A stretch of 64,000 bases of DNA, from the NCBI RefSeq assembly GCF_009914755.1, contig NC_060925.1. One strand, given 5' to 3'. A program made the translations under genes and the position numbers. The notes beneath the pieces are model-generated. The model did not search any database. It had not been told where the DNA came from and saw only the letters and a program-made list of their open reading frames with translations. The stretch's first letter is position 1; the number at the start of each line of letters is the position of its first letter. Source of the DNA: the human T2T-CHM13v2.0 reference genome, Homo sapiens. Shown here one piece after another: positions 51,817-64,000 of the stretch.

Positions 51817-52560
51817 TGCTCTCATTTTCTTAAAATATAAATAAATACAAATAGAGACTTCTTTCAAGTTGTAAAACTTAATGCCAAAACTTACTGCTAA
51901 GATTTTTTAATGCTATTTTTATATGTTCAAGTTATATACATTGTACCAAGAAAAATAAGCAAGTTAGTTCTTACAGTTTTGTCTTGTCACAAATAAGGCT
52001 GCAATTGAAATGCTATCTCATACATGGCATTTATGAAAAGCCTAAGAAATATTTGCTAATATTCAAAAATATTAGCAAATAAAATTGGAAAGCAAGGTCT
52101 CTTTTTCTGATGCAGATATTGACAGTTGTAATATTCATATTAGCAAAGTAGAACCGAGCAAACAGCTTTTACACAACTATATCCAAAAGGATTTGATTGA
52201 GTCTATTTATTGAGCAAATAATTATTGACTTAAAACAATCTACTAAGGCACTGTGCTAAGCACTGGGGATAAAATGAACAAGAAAGATGAGTCTTTGTCC
52301 TCACAAAATTTATATTATTGTGGGTGAAACCAAAAAGTACATGAACAAGTGACAACAAGGAAGTGATAATGAAATGTTTCTATCGAGCCATGAAAAGACA
52401 TACCTGCATCTTAAATGCATATTGCTAAGTGAAAGAAGCCAGTCTGAAAAGAATCTACACTATTTCATTTCATTTATATGACATTCTGGAAATGGCACAA
52501 TTACAGAGATGGTAAATAGATCAGTGGTTGCCAGAGGCTCAAGGGAGGGGGTTCTGTAGG

Positions 52561-52637
52561 TGATGTGGTTTGGTTCTGTGTCACCACCCAAATCTCATCT
52601 CAAATTGTAATCCCCATGTGTGGAGGGAGGGACCTGG
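52561..52637 (+). mobile_element. First about 76 bp of an MST-type MaLR LTR
   Basis: 'tgatgtggtttggttctgtgtcaccacccaaatctcatctc...gggagggacctg', similar to the intact LTR at 63218. Confidence 0.8.
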
Positions 52638-53550
52638 GCGGGGCAATCAGGCAAGAGAAAGAAATAAAGGGTATTCAAATAGGAATACAGGAAGTGAAAT
52701 TGTCTCTGTTTGCAGATGACATGATTGTATATTTAGAAAACCCCATCATCTCAGCCTCAAATCTCCTTAAGCTGATAAGCAACTTCAGCAAAGTCTCAGG
52801 ATACAAAATCAATGTGCAAAAATCACAAGCATTCCTATACACCAATAATAGAGAGCCAAACCATGAGTAAACTCCAATTCACAATTGCTACAAAGAATAA
52901 AATACTTAGGAATAGAACTTACAAGGGATGTGAAGGACCTCTTCAAGGAGAACTACAAACCACTGCTCAAGGAAATAAGAGAGGACACAAACAAATGGAA
53001 GAATGTTCCATGCTCATGGATAGGAAGAATCAATATCGTGAAAATCAGAGGGAGAAGCCAAGATGGCCAAATAGGAACAGGTCCGGTCTACAGCTCCCAG
53101 CATGAGCAACGCAGAAGATGGGTGATTTCTGCATTTCCAACTGAGCTTTGAAGAGAGTAGTGGTTCTCCCAGCACGCAGCTTGAGATCTGAGAACGGGCA
53201 GACTGCCTCCTCAAGTGGGTCCCTGACCGCCACGTAGCCTAACTGGGAGGCACCCCCAAGTAGGGGCAGACTGACACCTCACACGGCCGGGTACTCCTCT
53301 GAGACAAAACTTCCAGAGGAACAATCAGGCAGCAGCATTTGCGGTTCACCAATATCCGCTGTTCTGCAGACACCACTGCTGATACCCAGGCAAACAGGGT
53401 CTGGAGTGGACCTCTAGCAAACTCCAACAGACCTGCAGCTGAGGGTCCTGTCTGTTAGAAGGAAAACTAACAAACAGAAGGGACATCCACACCAAAAACC
53501 CATCTGTACGTCACCATCATCAAAGACCAAAGGAAGATAAAACCACAAAG

Positions 53551-54566
53551 ATGGGAAAAAAACAGAGCAGAAAAACTGGAAACTCTAAAAATCAGAGCGC
53601 CTCTCCTCCTCCAAAGGAACGCGGCTCCTCACCAGCAATGGAACAAAGCTGGATGGAGAATGACTTTGACAAGTTGAGAGAAGAAGGCTTCAGACGATCA
53701 AACTACTACGAGCTACAGGAGGAAATTCGAACCAATGGCAAAGAAGTTAAAAGCTTTGAAAAAAAATTAGATGAATGGATAACTAGAATAACCAATGCAG
53801 GGAAGTCCTTAAAGGACCTGATGGAGCTGAAAACCAAGGCACGAGAGCTACATGACAAATGCGGAAGCCTCAGTAGCTGATGCGATCAACTGGAAGAAAG
53901 GGTATCAGTGATGGAAGACGAAATGAATGAAATGAAGCAAGAAGAGGAGTTTAGAGAAAAAAGAATAAAAAGAAACAAACAAAGCCTCCAAGAAATATGG
54001 GACTATGTGAAAAGACCAAACCTATGTCTGATTAGTGTACCTGAAAGTGACAGGGAGAATGGAACCAAGTTGGAAAACACTCTGCAGGATATTATCCAGG
54101 AGAACTCCCCAACCTAGCAAGGCAGGCCAACATTCAAATTCAGGGAATACAGAGAACGCCACAAAGATACTCTTCGAGAAGAGCAACTCAAAGACACATA
54201 ATTGTCAGATTAACCAAAGTTGAAATGAAGGAAAAAGTGTTAAGGGCAGCCAGAGAGAAAGGTCAGGTTACCCACAAAGGGAAGCCCATCAGACTAAAAG
54301 CGGATCTCTTGGCAGAAACCCTGCAAGCCAGAAGAGAGAGGGGGTCAATATTCAACGTTCTTAAAGAAAAGAATTTTCAACCCAGAATTTCATATCCAGC
54401 CAAACTAAGCTTCATAAGTGAAGGAGAAATAAAATACTTTACAGACAAGCAAATGCTGAGAGATTTTGTCATCACCAGGCCTGACCTAAAATTGCTCCTG
54501 AAGGAAGCACTAAACATGGAAAGGAACAACTGGTACCAGCCACTGCAAAAACATGCCAAATTGTAA
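53551..54566 (+). pseudogene. L1 ORF1, disrupted (stop at 53878-53880 and a frameshift)
   Basis: MGKKQSRKTGNSK...YQPLQKHAKL split over several ORFs. Confidence 0.92.
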
Positions 54567-54629
54567 AGACCAACAAGGCTAGGAAGAAACTGCATCAACT
54601 AACGAGCAAAATAACCAGCTAACATCATA

Positions 54630-58456
<3,827 letters not shown>

Positions 58457-61009
58457 ACAATGAGAACACATGGACACAGGAAGGGGAACATCACACACTG
58501 AAGACTGTTGTGGGGTGGGGGGAGGGGGGAGGGATAGCATTAGCAGATATACCTAATGCTAAATGACGACCTAATGGGTGCAGCACACCAACCTGGCACA
58601 TATATATATATGTAACAAACCTGCACGTTGTGCACATGTGCCCTAAAACTTAAAGTATAATAACAATAAAATTTTTTTAAAAATCGTGAAAATGACCTTA
58701 CTGCCCAAAGTAATTTATAGATTCAGTGCTATCCCCATCAAGCTACCATTGACTTTCTTTACAGAATTAGAATAAACTGCTTTAAATTTCATATGGAATC
58801 AAAAGGGAGCCCATGTAGCCAAGACAATCCTACACAAAAAGAACAAAGCTGGAGGTATCATACTACCTGACTTCAAACTATACCACAAGGCTACAACCAA
58901 AACAGCATGGCACTGGTACCAAATCAGATATATAGACCAATGGAACAGAACAGAGGCCTCAGAAATAATGCCACACATCTACAATCATCTGATCTTTGAC
59001 AAACCTGACAAAAACAAGTAAGGGGGAAAGGATTCCCTATTTAATAAATGGTTTTGGGAAAACTGGCTGGTGATATGCAGAAAACTGAAACTGGACCCCT
59101 TCCTTACACCTTATACAAAATTTAACTCAAGATGGATTAAAGACTTAAATATTAGACCTAAAACCACAAAAAACCCTAGAAGAAAACCTACACAATACCA
59201 TTCAGGATATAGGCATGGGTAAAGACTTCATGACTAAAACACCAAAAGCAATGGCAACAAATGCCAAAATTGACAAATGGTATTTAATTAAACTAAAGAG
59301 CTTCTGCACAGCAAAATAAACTATCATCATAGTGAACAGGCAACCTACAAATTGGGAGAAAATTTTTGCAATCTATCCATCTGACAAAGGGCTAATATCC
59401 AGAATCTACAAAGAACGTAAACAAATTTACAAGAAAAAAAAAAACCACATCAAAAAAACAGATACTTTTCAAAAGAAGACATTTATGTGGCCAACAAACA
59501 TATGAAAAAAAACTCATCCTCACTGGTCATTAGAGAAATGTAAATCAAAACCACATTGAGATACCATCTCATACCAGTTAGAATGGCGATCATTAAAAAG
59601 TCAGGAAACAACAGATTCTGGAGACAATGTGGAGAAACAGGAATGCTTTTACACTGTTGGTGGGAGTGTAAATTAGTTCAACCATTGTGGAAGACAGTGT
59701 GGCAATTCCTCAAGGATCTAGAACCAGAATACCATTTGACCCAGCAATCCCAATACTGGGTATATACCCTAAAGGATTATAAACCATTCTACTACAAGGA
59801 CACATGCACACGTATGTTTATTGCAGCACTATTCACAATAGCAAAGGCTTGGAACCAACCCAAATGCCCATCAATAATAGAGTGGATTAAGAAAATGTGG
59901 CACATATACACCATGGAATACTATGCAGCCATACAAAAGGATGAGTTCATGTCTTTTGCAGGGACATGGATGAAGCTGGAAATCATCATTCTCAGTAAAC
60001 TAACACAGGAACAGAAAACCAAACACTCCATGTTCTCATTCATAAGTGGGAGCTGAACAATGAGAACACATGGACACAGGAAGGGGAACATCACATACTG
60101 GGGCCTGTCAAGGGGTAGGGGAGTAGGGGAGGGATAGCATTAGGAGAAATACCTAATGTAGATGACGGGTTGATGGGTGCAGCAAACCACCATGGCACGT
60201 GTATAGCTATGTAACAAACCTGCACGTTCTGCACATGTATCCCAGAACTTAAAGTATAACTTAAAAAAAAAAAAAGAACTAGATATACTCTTAATAATTC
60301 CTGTCAATCAAACTGATGCCCAGTATTTAAAAATTGAGAATTCATATATTGGATCTTTTAAGATGTTCTCCTCTCCACACACTAACCTTTTGTTAGGTCC
60401 ATATAAATTAATTGTATATTAGTGATGCCTGCCAGAAATTGAGACTGGTGAACTGAAAGAACTCATCCATAGCCAACCAGGTATTCCCACAACCTAGTCC
60501 TGAGAGAGGTATAGAATTCTAACTCATAAAATTTAAAGGCCCATGAAACTTGATTTTGATCCAGACTAGGGTGGATATCTAAAAACTACAATGGGTGGCT
60601 TTCCAAGGAAGAGAAGATTCTTGTCATCAGGTGGGTCTCAGAGTCACCATCCCATAGAAACCTGTCTTCATTGGTGCGAGAGCCAATCCATACTTGGAGG
60701 ATCCTGAAATTACCATCTAGAACTGGGATGAAGGAAACTGAATTCTGGTCAAACTGAGAGAGTAAGAATTGTGGTTCACAGTGAGGCTACTAGACTAAAA
60801 GAGACCTGAATTTAAATCAGAAATAAGGAAAAGAGTTATTGAAATTTGACACATAAAATAGCCATTATATAGAGATGCTTAGGGTCAATGCTTCCCCTGT
60901 TGCTCAGGGAGATAATGTATATAGTGGTAATAATAATATTAAAAATAAAGACATATGATAGTAGCTAATATATATTGATCAATTATATAATAAAAATCAT
61001 AATCACTTA

Positions 61010-61420
61010 TTGGCTGCTTTCTAAATGCCAGGTACTATTCTAAGTGTTTTACTTAAATTAATTTAACCCCCCTAATCTATGGGGTAGATAGTATGTATTA
61101 CTCCTATATTGCAGATGAGGAAACTGAGACACAAAGAATATAATCAACTTACCTAAAATCAAATGGACAACAGTTAGCAGAGGTAGAATTCAAACTCAGG
61201 CATTTTGGCTCCAAAGTCTGCTTTTAATTAGTTTGTTATGTGTTACTTCATTTAATCTTCACAGCAACCCTCTAGGTTAGTTACTATCATTAATCACATT
61301 TTCTAAATGAAGGAATTGAAACTTAGAAAGCTTAATTTTCTCAACATCATACAGCAGGATGCATAATCCAAAGAAAAGTCCTTTTGATGACAAAGTCCAC
61401 ACTCTTAACTATGACAGTGT
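61010..61420 (-). mobile_element. MIR fragments
   Basis: core 'gcagatgaggaaactgagacaca' and a second decayed core. Confidence 0.7.
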
Positions 61421-61678
61421 GGCACCTTCTATGGCACATTTCAGGGAGGAGTTACAAACACACTGACAAGACCTGCTTTCATTAGCCCTGGGTGTTGGGC
61501 AAGGAGTAAACAGAGCCTATGGATGATATCATCATGGGCTCTGAACAAAGCTAGGGTAGACAGGATTTGTGTCATTAGATAAGGATCTGAATGTTAAATT
61601 TTAATTTATCAATCCTACAGCTTGTATTACTTATTTTGGCCCAATTTTCCAATCTGTAAAATTTTTAAAATCATGTTA

Positions 61679-61751
61679 GCTCGTTGCTCTGCCTATGCAG
61701 TAGCCATTCTTTAGTCCCTTAACTTTCTTAATAAACTTGCTTTCACTTAAA
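61679..61751 (+). mobile_element. Retroposed 3' tip of a MER41-like LTR transcript
   Basis: LTR sequence with AATAAA (61730-61735) and A-run, flanked by 12-bp TSD 'aaaatcatgtta'. Confidence 0.8.
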
Positions 61752-61846
61752 AAAATCATGTTATCCCTTCCAAAGTTTGATCTTCTGAACATTTAACTTA
61801 TCAATGTTTTGGAGTATTCATTCAAAAACAGTCAAAGAAACAATCA

Positions 61847-62180
<334 letters not shown>

Positions 62181-63217
62181 GAAATAATCAAAGAAAAACT
62201 TTCCCAGATGTTGTAACTTTCATTAAAATTTCTATAAAATTATTCCCAGCCACTCTAAATTAATACGGAAGAAGCAATTCTTTTAAAATTTCTCTCCTTC
62301 AGCTTCCTTCTTTCTCCCCTCTTTCTCTATGGACTTCATTTCTCTTCCCATCCCCCTCTTTATTTTGCCATTTCTCCTCATCATACCACTGACTCCTGAA
62401 GCTGAATCCTGTGAGTCAGAGACATGTACTTCTGGCCTTACTTCTGACTAATAACATTTCCTTGAGGACGTAACTTCCTCCTTTTTTTTGTTTTGGGTTT
62501 CTTGATCTTAAAGATGGCCACAACAATACAAGATATCCTAAATATCTCAAGCAATGATATAAAAAACAGAACCACTGCATTACTAAAAGCAGTATTTTTC
62601 CTCGTAAAATTTAGATTTAGAGTTCATCAGGTGAGCCATTATGACACTTCCTGGGTTGCCTCCTGGGGCTATAATATTCCATTTTTAGTTTTACTTTGCC
62701 TTGCAGCAAAACAATCATTTAATTTAATGAGTGCTAGTAGAACAAGGCTCCATTCAATTATCAGGTCAGATTCCTCCTATTTTTTTTTCCTCATAGAAAT
62801 GTGGTAAAATGCACAAAATTGAATTAAATTTATTTCTATTAAATATCTTACCCAATGGCACCTGAGTCATTGCTTCATATTTTAAGCTTCTTTCTAAGGA
62901 AAAGAAAATCACTTGTCAAAGGATTTAAGTTTTGGGTAACACACCAAAGCAGTATGGGGGAACACACACACATACACACACACACACACACAGAGAACAA
63001 AAAAGCCACTTACATGAATTCCTTAAGATTTATTTATACCCAAGAGATATACTGAATTTGAGTCCTTGAAATATTTTCTACCTCTCCTCAAGGTAAAGCA
63101 CAAGCTACATGAAATTCTTCACTTTTCTTATGTCAGCTCCCTGAATGAGAAGACTGCTATCAATTTTCTGATAGGCAAGCAAACTAAAATAGCAATCAGA
63201 GAACTTTGGTACTGGGG

Positions 63218-63580
63218 TGATATAGTTTGGCTGTGACCCCACCCAAATCTCATCTTGAATTGTAGCTCCCATAATTCCCGCGTGTTGTGGGAGGGACCTG
63301 GTGGGAGATACTTGAATCATGGCGGGGACTGTTTTCCCCATACTGTTCTCTTGGTAGTGAATAAGTCTCATGAGATCTGATGTTTTTATAAGGGGAAACC
63401 CCTTTCACTTGGCTCTCCTTCTCTCTTGTCTGCCATTAAGTAAGATGTGACTTTTGCCTCCTGCCATGATTGTGAGGCCTCCCCAGCCATGTGGAACTGT
63501 GAGTCCATTAAATTTTTTTCTTTATAAATTACCCAGTCTTGGGTATGTCTTTATCAGCAGTATGAAAACGGACTAATACA
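63218..63580 (+). mobile_element. Solo MaLR LTR (THE1C/D-like)
   Basis: TGATATAGTTTGGCTG...GACTAATACA, 363 bp; 5-bp TSD 'tgg(g/a)g'. Confidence 0.9.
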
Positions 63581-64000
63581 TGGAGTTTTGTTTTTGTTTT
63601 GCCAGTTTATGCATTAGCCAAGTAGCATATTTTCGGATTCAGCTTGCGTTTATTGAACCTACTATGTGCCAGTCACATTTTGTCATTTAGGACCCACAAG
63701 AGCAAGCTTAGGATCCTCTGCTACGAGGAATCAATGTCTGCTGTACTGTTCCTTCTTGGCACTCATCAAAACTACAACCAACTCATTATTAATGCAATTG
63801 TTTGTTTAGTATCTATTTTCCTCCATAGGCTATAAGCTTCACAAAGGCAGAATCTGTGTGTAAATTGTTCATTTCTATAACTTCAGTGCTTAACTCAGAG
63901 CACACAGTAAATATTGCTTGAATAAATGAGTTGACAAAAACAAAAACAAAAACTGAAGCTCAGAGGTTAAAACTGTACAAGACCATACTGTTTTGTTTTG

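Noticed and set aside
62460-62807. Hydrophobic-plus-basic minus frame and a 104-aa plus ORF; AP-1/ETS-like motifs nearby
   Set aside because: Multiple stops, no ATG or splice support; short motifs expected by chance.

Overview
Primate (human/great-ape-type) genomic DNA dominated by repeats: about 22 Alus, L1s from ancient L1M to young L1PA2-type, MaLR and ERV LTRs, L2/MIR and a probable hAT (Charlie) fossil. I recognise no intact cellular protein-coding gene; the long ORFs are L1 ORF1/ORF2 pieces or Alu/LTR artefacts. The best-supported oddities are structural. (1) The L1 at 53.0-58.7 kb is a spliced retrocopy (SpIRE97/622 type): the 524-nt GT-AG intron present in the unspliced L1 at 25.7 kb is removed exactly. 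(2) A TSD-flanked 2.36-kb 'mini-L1' joins a near-complete 5'UTR (sense and antisense promoter, ORF0) directly to an open 401-codon ORF2 C-terminal fragment. (3) A chain of minus-strand exon-like segments at 0.1-6.4 kb could be spliced from that L1's antisense promoter as an ORF0 fusion (hypothesis only). (4) Tiny LTR-derived fragments appear retroposed in trans with TSDs. (5) Several templated-insertion scars of the TMEJ/FoSTeS type are present. Repeat subfamily names come from remembered diagnostic sequence, and boundaries of old elements are approximate.
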